From positions 17,459 through 81,458 of the forward strand of contig JAFGAL010000013.1 in NCBI GenBank assembly GCA_016933695.1: 64,000 nucleotides of DNA, written 5' to 3'. A program made the position numbers and the translations under genes. The stretch comes from Candidatus Zixiibacteriota bacterium. GTDB lineage: Bacteria; Zixibacteria; MSB-5A5; GN15; PGXB01. Below are positions 17,291-27,399 of the stretch, in pieces. The number at the start of each line of letters is the position of its first letter. Position 1 is the first letter of the stretch. The notes under the pieces were generated by a model. The model was not told the DNA's origin. It worked only from the letters and a program-made list of their open reading frames with translations, and ran no database searches.

Positions 17291-18928
17291 TTAACCGCGG
17301 AAGTCCGAAAGGGGAATCATCTGATGATCGGTGGTGTCGATCGACAGTTTGTCGATGATATGTTCCACCACGTCGGGACCGTACTTCGCGATATAGTCAT
17401 TGATTGAAAATGTCCGTTCCTGTAAGTTGCGGTCAGGATACAACGCGGATGCCATCCGATATATCTGCGCCCGGCTGTCTTTCATCTGTTTTTTGTGACG
17501 ACTGAATATTTTCTTTTCCAGCGCCTTGAGGGCAAAATCGATTTTCCCGAACACCTGCTCCGTCATCGGCTTGAGTTGTCCGTCGAACTCCACGATATAA
17601 TTCGCCAATGCCTCGTAATCGTTGTCCAGACGGCGGCGGAACCGTTGAAACTGCTCATCCATGTCTTCCGGAAAATACTTGGCAAGAACCCGGTTGATCA
17701 CCTGCTCCACGTCGCCGGTGAAATCATCCAGCTTGATCCCCAGTCGGAACATCAACTCTTCCTGGCGCGCCTCGATAATCGTTCCCGATGGTCGTGCGAA
17801 ATAGTACGGTTGTGGCAGTTTGAACAGTTTGAACAGTTTCCCGATCTGGCAAAAATAGGCGATCTCCCCCGGGCCGCCGCAATGGGCCACCACCGGAAAC
17901 AGATACGATTGCCACACCGGGCGGGTTAACACGTCCGGCGAGAACTGCTCGGGATTCCGTTCGATCAAATCGTTCAATCCCGGCAGGGCCAGCCGCTTCT
18001 CCCCGACCAGATAGGCCTCATCGGCGAAGTGAATCGGTTTGCGAGCCGGATCATGATAAAACAGGTGCACCGCCGATTGCTTTTTCTCCGCCTGGATATG
18101 ATACTCATCCATTTCCAGCGACGTGGCGGTTTCCTCGAGTAGCGTTTTGACATTGAAATAATGCTCGACAATTCTCTGGAAAAAACGCCGCGACAGTGCC
18201 TTGACGTCAATATCTCCCGGTGAAAAAAAGATCAATCCCAAATCCGGGAATATTTCGGCGAAATACCGCGCGAACGCTTCGACAAAGTCAACGTCCATCG
18301 CATAGGCGTTGAAAATGTGTTCGTACATCTCATCGGTGAAATCCGTGTTGCCGTAGGCATTCCTGACGGCGTCGGCAAAAGCATTATAGTCATCTTCATT
18401 GTCGAGGACAATCTCCGATGCCGGCACACCTTTGGAATCGCCCGAGCCATATTTGAAATTTGCAATGGATCCGTCTTTTTCCAGATAGGTCAACTGCCGG
18501 ATTTCATCGAAATCGTGATCATCGGCCGCCACCCAGAAAACCGGCACCACCGGGCGATCAAATTCCATCTGCAGTTTGGCCGCCATTTTCACGACCCCGA
18601 CCGCCTTGTATAACGTATACAGCGGTCCGCCCAGGATCCCCGCCTGCTGGCCGGTGAAGACACACAGGGCGTCCTCCCGCCGCAGTTTTTCGATCGCCGC
18701 CATCGTGGCCGGCTTGGCGAGAAACGCTTCATTTTGCCGGACGAGAATATCACAGAGCGCGTTGCGATCGACACCGGTCGGCACAATAGCCTGCGCCGCC
18801 TCCGATGGCGAGGCGACGGGCACATACTTGTTCACTTTCGGATCACGCGCGAGAAAGTCCCGATAAAGGGCGCTGTAGTGATACACGTCAGCCGGCTTAA
18901 CCAGTTGTTCCTGTATCATCCAATACAT
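17291..18928 (-). CDS. bshC: bacillithiol biosynthesis cysteine-adding enzyme BshC
   Basis: 545 aa. TGQQAGILGGPLYTLYK and PVVPVFWVAADDHDFDEI match the BshC signature regions. Confidence 0.9.
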   Translation of the reverse strand: MYWMIQEQLVKPADVYHYSALYRDFLARDPKVNKYVPVASPSEAAQAIVPTGVDRNALCDILVRQNEAFLAKPATMAAIEKLRREDALCVFTGQQAGILGGPLYTLYKAVGVVKMAAKLQMEFDRPVVPVFWVAADDHDFDEIRQLTYLEKDGSIANFKYGSGDSKGVPASEIVLDNEDDYNAFADAVRNAYGNTDFTDEMYEHIFNAYAMDVDFVEAFARYFAEIFPDLGLIFFSPGDIDVKALSRRFFQRIVEHYFNVKTLLEETATSLEMDEYHIQAEKKQSAVHLFYHDPARKPIHFADEAYLVGEKRLALPGLNDLIERNPEQFSPDVLTRPVWQSYLFPVVAHCGGPGEIAYFCQIGKLFKLFKLPQPYYFARPSGTIIEARQEELMFRLGIKLDDFTGDVEQVINRVLAKYFPEDMDEQFQRFRRRLDNDYEALANYIVEFDGQLKPMTEQVFGKIDFALKALEKKIFSRHKKQMKDSRAQIYRMASALYPDRNLQERTFSINDYIAKYGPDVVEHIIDKLSIDTTDHQMIPLSDFRG

Positions 18929-21900
18929 CCTTCCTGACTGTCACGGTCTCCTTCTTGAGGAAGAAGGCGACGATATCATCGATGACCGTATATACCACCG
19001 GCACCACCACCAGCGTCAGCAGGGTGGAACTGGTCATACCGCCGATAACGGCACGAGCCATTGGCGCGCGCAACTCCGCTCCGGGACCGATTCCCAGCGC
19101 AATCGGCAGGACGCCGAAAATCAGCGACAGGGTGGTCATCAGAATCGGACGCAACCGCACCGGGCCGGCAAGTAATACCGCTTCCGTACGTTCCACTCCA
19201 CGATACCTATTCTGCTTTATAAAGTCAATGAGAAGAATGGCGTTCTTGGTTACCAGTCCCATGAGCATGATAATCCCGATAAACGAAATGATCGAAATCG
19301 AATCGCCCATGATCAGCAGGGCCACGATCGCGCCCACCAAAGACAGGGGAAGCGAAAACATGATCGAAAACGCGTCGAAAAACGACTCGAACTGCGATGC
19401 CAGTAACAGGTAAATAAACACGATCGACAGAATCAGCGCCTCGAACATGTATCCGAATGATTCTTCCTGGATTTCCGCGACCCCGGTCGGACCGACATAG
19501 TATCCCGGCGGAACGTCGATATATTGCGCCTCCAGCATAATCTGTTGCATGGCCGTTCCGGCGAATGCATCGGCGGTCACATTGGCGCCGACCCGCACTT
19601 CACGAAGACGGTCGAAACGATCATACTGCCCGATAGCGGATGTCTTGCGAAACGCCGCCGTATACGATAACGGCACCAGAAATGAACGACGATCATCAAG
19701 TTCCTTGTTGCTGGCAATCAGCAGGCGTCCGACCTGCGCGGTGCTGTTGCGATCTTTCTCGCTCAGGCGGATGCGCACGTCGTGCTCATCATCGCCTTCT
19801 TTATAGCGAGTAACGACTTCGCCTTCGATCAGGGCACGTATCGAGGCTCCAATGGCGTAGACATTTAATCCCAGATCATTGGCCATGTCGCGATCGATCG
19901 TCACCTGCAGTTCCGGTTTGCCTTCCTGAAGAGAGTTGTCGATATCAACCACCCCGGGAGTGCGATGATAAATCTCCTCCACCTGATGCGCCAGATCGGT
20001 CAGGATGGCCAGGTCATTGCCCCGGATCGAAATTTCAACCGATTTATCCGTCCCCATATCCTCGCCGCGACCGATGGAGTACTTGATACCCGGAATATGC
20101 TCACTAATCACAACACGGGCGCTGTCCATGATCTGCTTGGCGGAATACAACCGCTCGTGCTTGTCGGTCAGCTTGACATAGATACGTCCGTCATTGACCG
20201 GATTGTCTCCGGATCCGATTGTCGTGAATAACAGCGTCACTTCGGCAAATCGCGACCGCACTAACTCTTCGATTTCCATCAGCTTGGCCGACGTGGTCTC
20301 CAGATCAGTGCCGGGCGGGGTTTCCACACTGATCATAAACTCGCCTTCGTCGGTTTCCGGCTGGAATTCCACGCCGGCGTATTGCCCCAAGTAAAGCGCG
20401 CCAACAAAGGTCAACGTCGCAAATACCAGGACAATCAACCGATGACGCAACGACCAGCCCAACAGCGACCGATAAATGTCGGTTACTTTATCGAAAAACA
20501 GATTCCAGGGGCGAATAATTTTCAAACTGATTTGATAGATCCACCAGAACCAGCGAAACAGGAAAAACCTCGGCGGCGCACTTGTTTCGCCTTCTTGACG
20601 AAGCCAGCGCGATGACAGCATCGGCGTCAGGCTGAATGCGATAAACAGTGACACCACCACGGAAAACGCCACGGTCATGCCGAACTGGTAAAAAAACCGC
20701 CCGACAATTCCATGCATGAATGCCACTGGCAAAAATACCACCACGATCGTGAAAGTGGTCGCCGAAACGGCCAGACCGATTTCCTTGGTGGCATTGAATG
20801 CCGCTTTCCGGGGCGATTCGCCTTTTTCGAGATGGCGATAGATATTTTCAATAACAACAATGGCATCATCAATGAGCAGCCCCACCGCAATCGCCAGCGC
20901 CAGCATCGACATCATATTCAGGGTGAAACCCAGCGCCTTCATGAATGTGAAGGTGGCCACGATCGAAGCCGGAATCGCAATTGCGGAGATAATTGTCGAG
21001 CGAATGTCCGCCAAAAATAGAAAGATCACCAACACCGCCAGAAAGCCACCATAATAGATATTCAGCAGGACTTCGTGAATCGAATCCTCGATAAAGGTCG
21101 AGTAGTCGACCACGATATCAAGACTCATGTCGGGCGGAAGCACCTGCTGGATTTTGCCGATCTCCGCTTTGACCGCCCGCGCCACTTCCACCGTATTGCC
21201 GCCGGACTGCCGCGTGATATTGAGCGTGATCGCGTCTTTCCCGTCGACCCGGGCCAGCGACCGTCGTTCCTCGACCGTATCGACTACCCGCGCGATGTCT
21301 TTCAAGTACACCGGCTGGCCCTGCGGATTGTCCACCGTGATCGTATTGAACTGCGCGACCGACGTCAGCTTACCCATGGTGCGGATCAGGTACTCCCGGT
21401 TGTCTTCATTGACTCGTCCGCCGGGAATTTCCAGATTGGCGGCCGCAACGGCGCCTTGCACCTTGTCAACGGCAATCTCGTACGATTCCATCTTGTCGAT
21501 ATCGAGATAGATATTGATCTCCCGTTCGTATCCGCCGATCAAGGTTACGGCACCGACCCCCGGAATGGCTTCCAGACGTTTCTGGATTTCATCCTTGGTG
21601 TACTGCGTAATATCCCGCAGGGCACGTTCCCCGGAAACCGTCACGGAAATAATCGGTTCGCTGCTCGGATCGAATCTGGCTATCACCGGTTCTTCGATAT
21701 CATCCGGAAGATCATCGCGGATCGCCACGACTTTCTCGCGGACCTCCTGCGCCGCAACTTGCCCGTCTTTCTCCAGGACGAATTCCGTGAAAATCAACGA
21801 ATAGCCTTCCTGGGAATACGAAGTGATATGCTTTACCCCTTCAATCGGGTTGATGGCATCCTCGATCGGTTTGGAAACATCGGTTTCGACCGCCTCGGCG

Positions 21901-22064
21901 CTGGCGCCGGGATACATCGTTTGCACGATGACGAATGGAAAATCGACCTCCGGCATCAAATCGATATTCATTTGGCGATACGAGCTGTACCCCAGCACAA
22001 TCAATGCCAGCACCATCATCGTGGTGAATACCGGCCGCCGTATGGATATGTCAGCTAATTTCAC
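18897..22064 (-). CDS. RND efflux transporter permease (AcrB/HAE1-like)
   Basis: 1055 aa with a GTG start in a GTGA overlap with the adaptor gene. It has 12-TM RND topology and N-terminus MKLADISIRRPVFTTMM. Confidence 0.95.
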   Translation of the reverse strand: MKLADISIRRPVFTTMMVLALIVLGYSSYRQMNIDLMPEVDFPFVIVQTMYPGASAEAVETDVSKPIEDAINPIEGVKHITSYSQEGYSLIFTEFVLEKDGQVAAQEVREKVVAIRDDLPDDIEEPVIARFDPSSEPIISVTVSGERALRDITQYTKDEIQKRLEAIPGVGAVTLIGGYEREINIYLDIDKMESYEIAVDKVQGAVAAANLEIPGGRVNEDNREYLIRTMGKLTSVAQFNTITVDNPQGQPVYLKDIARVVDTVEERRSLARVDGKDAITLNITRQSGGNTVEVARAVKAEIGKIQQVLPPDMSLDIVVDYSTFIEDSIHEVLLNIYYGGFLAVLVIFLFLADIRSTIISAIAIPASIVATFTFMKALGFTLNMMSMLALAIAVGLLIDDAIVVIENIYRHLEKGESPRKAAFNATKEIGLAVSATTFTIVVVFLPVAFMHGIVGRFFYQFGMTVAFSVVVSLFIAFSLTPMLSSRWLRQEGETSAPPRFFLFRWFWWIYQISLKIIRPWNLFFDKVTDIYRSLLGWSLRHRLIVLVFATLTFVGALYLGQYAGVEFQPETDEGEFMISVETPPGTDLETTSAKLMEIEELVRSRFAEVTLLFTTIGSGDNPVNDGRIYVKLTDKHERLYSAKQIMDSARVVISEHIPGIKYSIGRGEDMGTDKSVEISIRGNDLAILTDLAHQVEEIYHRTPGVVDIDNSLQEGKPELQVTIDRDMANDLGLNVYAIGASIRALIEGEVVTRYKEGDDEHDVRIRLSEKDRNSTAQVGRLLIASNKELDDRRSFLVPLSYTAAFRKTSAIGQYDRFDRLREVRVGANVTADAFAGTAMQQIMLEAQYIDVPPGYYVGPTGVAEIQEESFGYMFEALILSIVFIYLLLASQFESFFDAFSIMFSLPLSLVGAIVALLIMGDSISIISFIGIIMLMGLVTKNAILLIDFIKQNRYRGVERTEAVLLAGPVRLRPILMTTLSLIFGVLPIALGIGPGAELRAPMARAVIGGMTSSTLLTLVVVPVVYTVIDDIVAFFLKKETVTVRKDVLDDTGTTG

Positions 22065-23149
22065 AGTTCGATCTCCTCACCCCGGGCATTGACGAAACGC
22101 ACCATATTGATTTTGGTGCTGTCCTCCAGATAATCCTGGCCCACCGTAATGACAGTGTCTCCCGGTTTCAAACCAGCCACGATTTGCGTAAAGGCATCGA
22201 ACTCGACTCCGGTGATCACCTTGCGGAGTATGGCGCGATCGCCGTTGACCACGAATACGTACCGGTCGCCACTTCGCTCCAGCATGGTTTTGTGCGCCAC
22301 CGTGATCACATCGCGATATTTCGCCAGCGTTATCTCCGCCCGGGCGAACATCCCCGGTTTGAACCGCCCCTCGGAATTATCTATGAGGAGTTCAACCTGA
22401 AATGCCCGGGTTTCCGGATCGGCCGAACCCGCCACCATACTGACCCGTCCGTATCCAATCACGTTCGGCATGGTTTCCATGAAAATCTCCACGGGAACAC
22501 CGACCGTAAAATGCCTGACATCAGCCGAGGTAACCCCCAGTTTCATGCGCAGGGTATCGGTAGCCGCAACCGTTGCGACCTGTTGCCCGACCATGACATA
22601 TTCGCCGGGGGCGACGTCGATCGACGTGACCGTTCCGGACACGGGTGAACGGATATCGACCAGCTGACTGGCGGCTTCATAATTGGCTTTGGCCACTTCG
22701 TACTCGGTCGCCGCACCGTCATATTCCGATTCCGATATGGCTCCCTCGCCGAACAGGTATTTCATTTTGCTATAATTCTTCTCGGCATTCTTAAATACCG
22801 AAAACGCCTGGACGTAATTGGAAGTCGGCCCGGTGCGATCCAAACGAAGCAGGACATCTGACGGCGTTACCCGGTCGCCTTCCCTCACCAGAATCTTTTC
22901 AACCGCTTCCGCGATCTTGGCGCGAATCACGGCCTGCTTTTTCCCTTCCAGTGATCCGGTGAACGAACTCCGCAACTCGCGCGACACCGTAACGATCTCT
23001 TCCCCCTTGACGGCAAGTGCGGTTTCGACCACAGTCTGTTCTACAGTCTGTTCTGTTTTGTTTTCGCCGGAGCATCCACCGACAATCACAATCGCCGCTA
23101 TTGCCAGACACTGTAATGTTCCTGTTATCCGTTTCATGCTCGTCCTCAT
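22061..23149 (-). CDS. RND efflux periplasmic adaptor (membrane fusion protein)
   Basis: 362 aa with a lipoprotein-like signal (VGGCSG), a coiled-coil hairpin and beta-barrel segments typical of HlyD/AcrA-family adaptors. Confidence 0.9.
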   Translation of the reverse strand: MRTSMKRITGTLQCLAIAAIVIVGGCSGENKTEQTVEQTVVETALAVKGEEIVTVSRELRSSFTGSLEGKKQAVIRAKIAEAVEKILVREGDRVTPSDVLLRLDRTGPTSNYVQAFSVFKNAEKNYSKMKYLFGEGAISESEYDGAATEYEVAKANYEAASQLVDIRSPVSGTVTSIDVAPGEYVMVGQQVATVAATDTLRMKLGVTSADVRHFTVGVPVEIFMETMPNVIGYGRVSMVAGSADPETRAFQVELLIDNSEGRFKPGMFARAEITLAKYRDVITVAHKTMLERSGDRYVFVVNGDRAILRKVITGVEFDAFTQIVAGLKPGDTVITVGQDYLEDSTKINMVRFVNARGEEIEL

Positions 23150-23151
23150 CG

Positions 23152-24483
23152 TTAAATCTCGATTCCGGTGGCTTTTTTCAAAGCCGACTTTGCCAATCGG
23201 TACTGATATATCGCATCAGCCATGTTGGTGCGGGCATCGGTCAGCGCCGTTTGTGCGGAAAGCACTTCCAGCAGGGTTCCGACTCCGGATTCGTACCGCA
23301 GATTGGCGATACGCAATCCCTCCTCCGCCTGCACAATGGTTTCTTTTTGCACATCAAGAGCGGTTCGTGCCTGTACCAGATTGTCATGCGCCTGTTCCAC
23401 CTCCAGGCGGATATCGTCCTGCGCCTGTTGCTCGGCCAGCATCGCCTGATAATAATCGACCCACGCCTTGCGCACTTCGCCGATGGTCCGACCACCGTCG
23501 AATACCGGTATGGTCAATAACAGAGATGCCGTCCAGCTCTTGGTGATATCCTGCGAACCCAGCGAAAAATCCTCCGAGGACGCCGAAATATCATAACTCG
23601 TATTCAAGCGAATGGTTGGATACAACCAGTCTCCCCGTGCAATCCGAACCGCTTTGTCATATCCCCGTTTCTGCAGTTCGGCCTGTTTTATTTCGGGACG
23701 ATTGCGAAGTGCGGCCGCGGTCAATGAATCCAGCGACGGAACATTGACCGCCGTGGTATCGGTGATTTCGGTTTGAAGCGTGACCGGTTCGTCAAGCGAC
23801 AATCCCAGAAAGGATTTGAGTGACTTCTGGGTGATGTTCAATACCGTCCGCGCACCCACCAATTGCGGTTCCAGATTCGATTTCTCCACTCGCGCTCGCA
23901 ACAACTCAAACTCCGAGGCCATCCCCTGACTGTGGAATTTCTCGACCGTCTCATAATTGTAACTGAACTGCTCGTATGCCTTTTCCAGCACGTCCAGATT
24001 TGACTCCGCCAGAATCGAGGCGTAAAACAACGCTTCGGCGTTATAAATAATGTCTGCTTCCACTTCGCGCACTTTTTCCCGAGAATAATTCTCGTAGATA
24101 CTGGCAATCTGAATCGCCGAGCCGACCTTTCCGCCCACATATAGTGGCTGGGTCAGCGAAAAGGAAAGATTGAAATCATTGTTCTGCGATACCGGGACCT
24201 TCACGAATCCATCGGCGTCGAAAAACTCACCGGGAAGGAACATCTCGCCCTTTTTGATATTGCGCGTATACCGCCCGTCAATACTCACCTGCGGCAACGC
24301 CCCGGCACGGGCCGCGATTATGTCGCCGCGCGCGCGGTCAAGCTCCCGCTCGGCCGCCAGATACTGCCGGTTGTATTCAAGCGCCAACCGGCACACTTCG
24401 TCAACCGTCAGAATCGTCTCGCCCCGGGCCACTCCAAACGCAATCACTACGATACCGAATACTGCAAGAATCATATGTCGCAT
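23152..24483 (-). CDS. TolC-family outer membrane efflux protein
   Basis: 443 aa with two tandem OEP repeats carrying long helical segments, directly upstream of the adaptor/RND genes. Confidence 0.9.
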   Translation of the reverse strand: MRHMILAVFGIVVIAFGVARGETILTVDEVCRLALEYNRQYLAAERELDRARGDIIAARAGALPQVSIDGRYTRNIKKGEMFLPGEFFDADGFVKVPVSQNNDFNLSFSLTQPLYVGGKVGSAIQIASIYENYSREKVREVEADIIYNAEALFYASILAESNLDVLEKAYEQFSYNYETVEKFHSQGMASEFELLRARVEKSNLEPQLVGARTVLNITQKSLKSFLGLSLDEPVTLQTEITDTTAVNVPSLDSLTAAALRNRPEIKQAELQKRGYDKAVRIARGDWLYPTIRLNTSYDISASSEDFSLGSQDITKSWTASLLLTIPVFDGGRTIGEVRKAWVDYYQAMLAEQQAQDDIRLEVEQAHDNLVQARTALDVQKETIVQAEEGLRIANLRYESGVGTLLEVLSAQTALTDARTNMADAIYQYRLAKSALKKATGIEI

Positions 24484-24490
24484 AAATCAC

Positions 24491-25096
24491 TCACCGCTTA
24501 TCCGCTTGATTTAAGTAAATGCCGAACAGCCGGACCAGTTGGTCCGCCAGCCTGTTGGCTTCCTGTTTGCTTAAGAATATGTTACGCTGGACAATCAGCC
24601 CGTCGATAACGGCGTCCAGCAGTTTTATCGCCATCAGCGCTTCTTCTCTCCCGATACCGCACTTGACAACCAGTGCTTCGGCCAACGCGTCGGCCATGCG
24701 AATATTCTCCCGACTCCAGTAGTTGCGGATTCGGGGAATCTTCAGCGCCTGTTCCAACAGTCCCATGGAAAGGTAATTCCCCCGATCAATGTCTTCCAGG
24801 CACATCCGAAGAGTCTTATCCAGCAATGCGGTCGGCGACGGTTCTGTCTCACTCAGGTCATAGATCGGCCCCGAAACTCTTTCCCAGCTCTGTTTCACCA
24901 CCGCGAACAACAAATCTTCCTTGTTTTTGAAATGAAAATACAGCGCGCCCTTGGTTACTCCGGCCGCCCGGGCAATCTCATCCATCGTAGCCCAGCGGTA
25001 TCCTTTCCGGATAAACAGCCGGGTTGCCGCCTTAACCAGCTGGGCACGGCGTTTTTCGGCGGGAAGTTTGGGACTCTGTTTTACGCTTCGCTTCAT
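24491..25096 (-). CDS. TetR/AcrR family transcriptional regulator
   Basis: The ORF-track TTG start at 25102 was trimmed to ATG 25096. The N-terminal HTH RLFIRKGYRWATMDEIARAAGVTKGALYFHFKNKEDL is typical of TetR. Confidence 0.9.
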   Translation of the reverse strand: MKRSVKQSPKLPAEKRRAQLVKAATRLFIRKGYRWATMDEIARAAGVTKGALYFHFKNKEDLLFAVVKQSWERVSGPIYDLSETEPSPTALLDKTLRMCLEDIDRGNYLSMGLLEQALKIPRIRNYWSRENIRMADALAEALVVKCGIGREEALMAIKLLDAVIDGLIVQRNIFLSKQEANRLADQLVRLFGIYLNQADKR

Positions 25097-25117
25097 TGTC
25101 AAAAACCCGCTAATACC

Positions 25118-25156
25118 TACCGATCGGTATCTATTTACATACCGATTGGTATCTAT
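25118..25156. promoter_or_regulatory. two tandem palindromic operator-like sites upstream of the TetR gene
   Basis: The 17-mer TACCGATCGGTATCTAT (25118-25134) is repeated as TACCGATTGGTATCTAT (25140-25156), 22 bp start-to-start. The first contains the perfect 12-bp palindrome TACCGATCGGTA. They lie 22-60 bp upstream of the ATG. Confidence 0.55.
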
Positions 25157-25255
25157 AATACACCATTATTCGCAATCGTCAAGCGGAATATTTCACCTTT
25201 TTCATGATTTTATCGTTAGCGATGTGTTATCGTTTGATAAACCTGAGTGTGCTCA

Positions 25256-26242
25256 CTACAGCCACTTTTTCTTTTTAAAAAACAGCACCATGACCAGCGT
25301 GATCAACACCAGAAGCACCCAAAACAGCGCGTAACCGTAATCCCACTCGAGTTCCGGCATATAACGGAAATTCATTCCCCACAAACCAACCAGAAACGTC
25401 GGCGGCATTAAAATCACGGTAAAGATGGTTAGAACTTTGATAATCTCATTGGTCTTGGTGGAAACACTTGAGAAATACACTTCCAGCGCCGAGATCAGGG
25501 TATCGCGATGTGACTCGGCCAGTTCAATAATCCTGGTCAGGTGGTCGAAGATATCATTGAAATACAACCGAGCCCGATCCGAAATCATGGAATACTGCCC
25601 CCGTGAGATATGCCCGATCAATTCCTTCTGCGGCAGGGTAATGCGTTTCAACTCATAGATATCGCGACGCATCGTGAATATCTTTTTGACCGTTTCCTCG
25701 TCCGGTTCACTGAGAACCGCGTCTTCGATTTTGTCGACTTCGCGCTCGAAAAACTCCAGAATACTGTTATAATTGTCGACCATAACGTCAATCAAGGTGT
25801 GAAACAAAAACTCCGCACCCCGGCCCAGCACCCGCTCGTCTTTTAATGCCCGCTGATATAAATAATTGAAGATGCGATGCGGTTTGTCATGAACTGTCAC
25901 CACCGTGTTGCGGGTCAGAAAAAGATTGACCTCTTCGAGCCGAATCCCTTCGTCATAGTCGACATAGTCCGCGACCTGGAATTCGACATAGAGATAATTC
26001 TTGTAATCGTCGATCTTGGAGCGTTGCCATTCGGTAATGGCATCCTCTTCCTCGATTACGTCCTCGATCGCCAGCGGGTGGAAATGGAAGTCGTGAGTCA
26101 GGATATACGACTCGTGGTCATCAGGATCGGTCATATCGATCCACAGCACGACGTTCGGATCGGCAAAAAGAGCGTCGAAATCGGCAATCCCGTCAATCTG
26201 ACGCACCGGTTCACCGGCTTTCCAGAAAAACGATCTGATCAT
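25256..26242 (-). CDS. corA: magnesium/cobalt transporter CorA
   Basis: 328 aa with a GMN motif (GLWGMNF) before the last TM helix. There is an ATGA overlap with the upstream gene. Confidence 0.9.
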   Translation of the reverse strand: MIRSFFWKAGEPVRQIDGIADFDALFADPNVVLWIDMTDPDDHESYILTHDFHFHPLAIEDVIEEEDAITEWQRSKIDDYKNYLYVEFQVADYVDYDEGIRLEEVNLFLTRNTVVTVHDKPHRIFNYLYQRALKDERVLGRGAEFLFHTLIDVMVDNYNSILEFFEREVDKIEDAVLSEPDEETVKKIFTMRRDIYELKRITLPQKELIGHISRGQYSMISDRARLYFNDIFDHLTRIIELAESHRDTLISALEVYFSSVSTKTNEIIKVLTIFTVILMPPTFLVGLWGMNFRYMPELEWDYGYALFWVLLVLITLVMVLFFKKKKWL

Positions 26243-27300
26243 GCCCGGTCCTCCTCTTTCACCGCCTCGGCTTCATCCATCTGATTCATGATCCCGTATC
26301 GTTCCTGTTCCACTTCCTCGACGTCAATCTCACGGATCGTGATTTTTTCGATATGCAAGAACAAATACCCCAATACAAACATCGGCAGGATATCGAAGAT
26401 GTGAAGCGCCAGACCGAACAGGGCCGCGTCGGATTTGCCGATCCGGCCGAAAAACAGCGATAATGTCGCCAGCACCGCCAGCTCGAAGGTTCCGGCATTT
26501 CCCGGCGTGATCGGGATCATCACCGCCAGCGTGTTTACCACCATCAGCACCATCGCCGCCACCAGCGGCAGATCGAATCCGAAGGCGTTAAACAGACTGT
26601 ATACGACCATCAACTGCGAAACCCAGGCGGCCAGCGACAACAACAGGGTTTTGGTAAAATACTGCGTCGACCGCAACATGGTGATGCCCCGCGTAAATGA
26701 TCGCGTGAATTTCTTCACCGTGATATAAAAGCCCGGCCAGCGGTTACGGCACAGCTTCCGCCCCAAAATCCCGGCGGCATCCTGAAAATGGAGATATACA
26801 TACAGGCAGGTCAGCAGTGATATCGTGGCGATTGCGATAATCAATCCCACCTTGCGATATTCCGGCGGAAAGGCAAACGAAGCCGCCGACAGTACCGCGA
26901 TAAACACCAATAGGCTCATGGCGTCGAACAGTACTTCCAGCACGATGGTCGAAAAGATATAGGTCTTGGAAAGCCCGGTTCTACGCGAAAACAACAACAA
27001 CCGCCCGACCTGGCCGGTCAGCGCCGGCATAAAAATATTGATCACCTGTCCCGCCGCGAACATCGGCACAACCTGAGTCAAACGCATTGGTTTGGATCGT
27101 TCCACGATCGTCCGCCAGCGCCAGCCTTTGAAGAACAAAATCATGAATTGCGCAAGCAGACAGGGAATCAGAAAATACGGATTGACCCGATTATAGAGCC
27201 GCCGCAAATCGTCAGGACTGATATCCTTGACGATAAACGCCAATAATAACAGGGCGATAATACTGCCCCAAAACTGCTTTTTTTTCAAAAACGACGGCAT
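26239..27300 (-). CDS. flippase-like / lysylphosphatidylglycerol-synthase TM-region (UPF0104) family membrane protein
   Basis: 353 aa, polytopic. The N-terminal pattern FWGSIIALLLLAFIV...FFKGWRWRTIV resembles the UPF0104 family. Confidence 0.75.
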   Translation of the reverse strand: MPSFLKKKQFWGSIIALLLLAFIVKDISPDDLRRLYNRVNPYFLIPCLLAQFMILFFKGWRWRTIVERSKPMRLTQVVPMFAAGQVINIFMPALTGQVGRLLLFSRRTGLSKTYIFSTIVLEVLFDAMSLLVFIAVLSAASFAFPPEYRKVGLIIAIATISLLTCLYVYLHFQDAAGILGRKLCRNRWPGFYITVKKFTRSFTRGITMLRSTQYFTKTLLLSLAAWVSQLMVVYSLFNAFGFDLPLVAAMVLMVVNTLAVMIPITPGNAGTFELAVLATLSLFFGRIGKSDAALFGLALHIFDILPMFVLGYLFLHIEKITIREIDVEEVEQERYGIMNQMDEAEAVKEEDRA

Positions 27301-27308
27301 TGCACTCT

Positions 27309-27339
27309 AAAAAAGTTAACCGGCCGGGGCCGGTTTTTT
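27309..27339 (-). terminator. bidirectional rho-independent terminator ending the Bat operon
   Basis: A 7-bp stem AACCGGC / GCCGGTT with loop CGGG is flanked by an A6 tract and a T6 tract. Confidence 0.65.
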
Positions 27340-27399
27340 GAATAACAGATGAAGATAGAAACAAAGCGTCAGGGTGTCAATAAAAACATTCCCCAGCGG

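Noticed and set aside
21075-22058. 327-aa plus-strand ORF inside the RND pump gene, along with similar long antisense ORFs at 22818..23546, 37104..37877, 42043..42804, 44703..45482, 53216..53770 and 59141..59869
   Set aside because: These are shadow ORFs opposite strongly supported minus-strand genes. Their composition is Arg/His/Pro-rich and they have no motifs, RBS or sensible starts.
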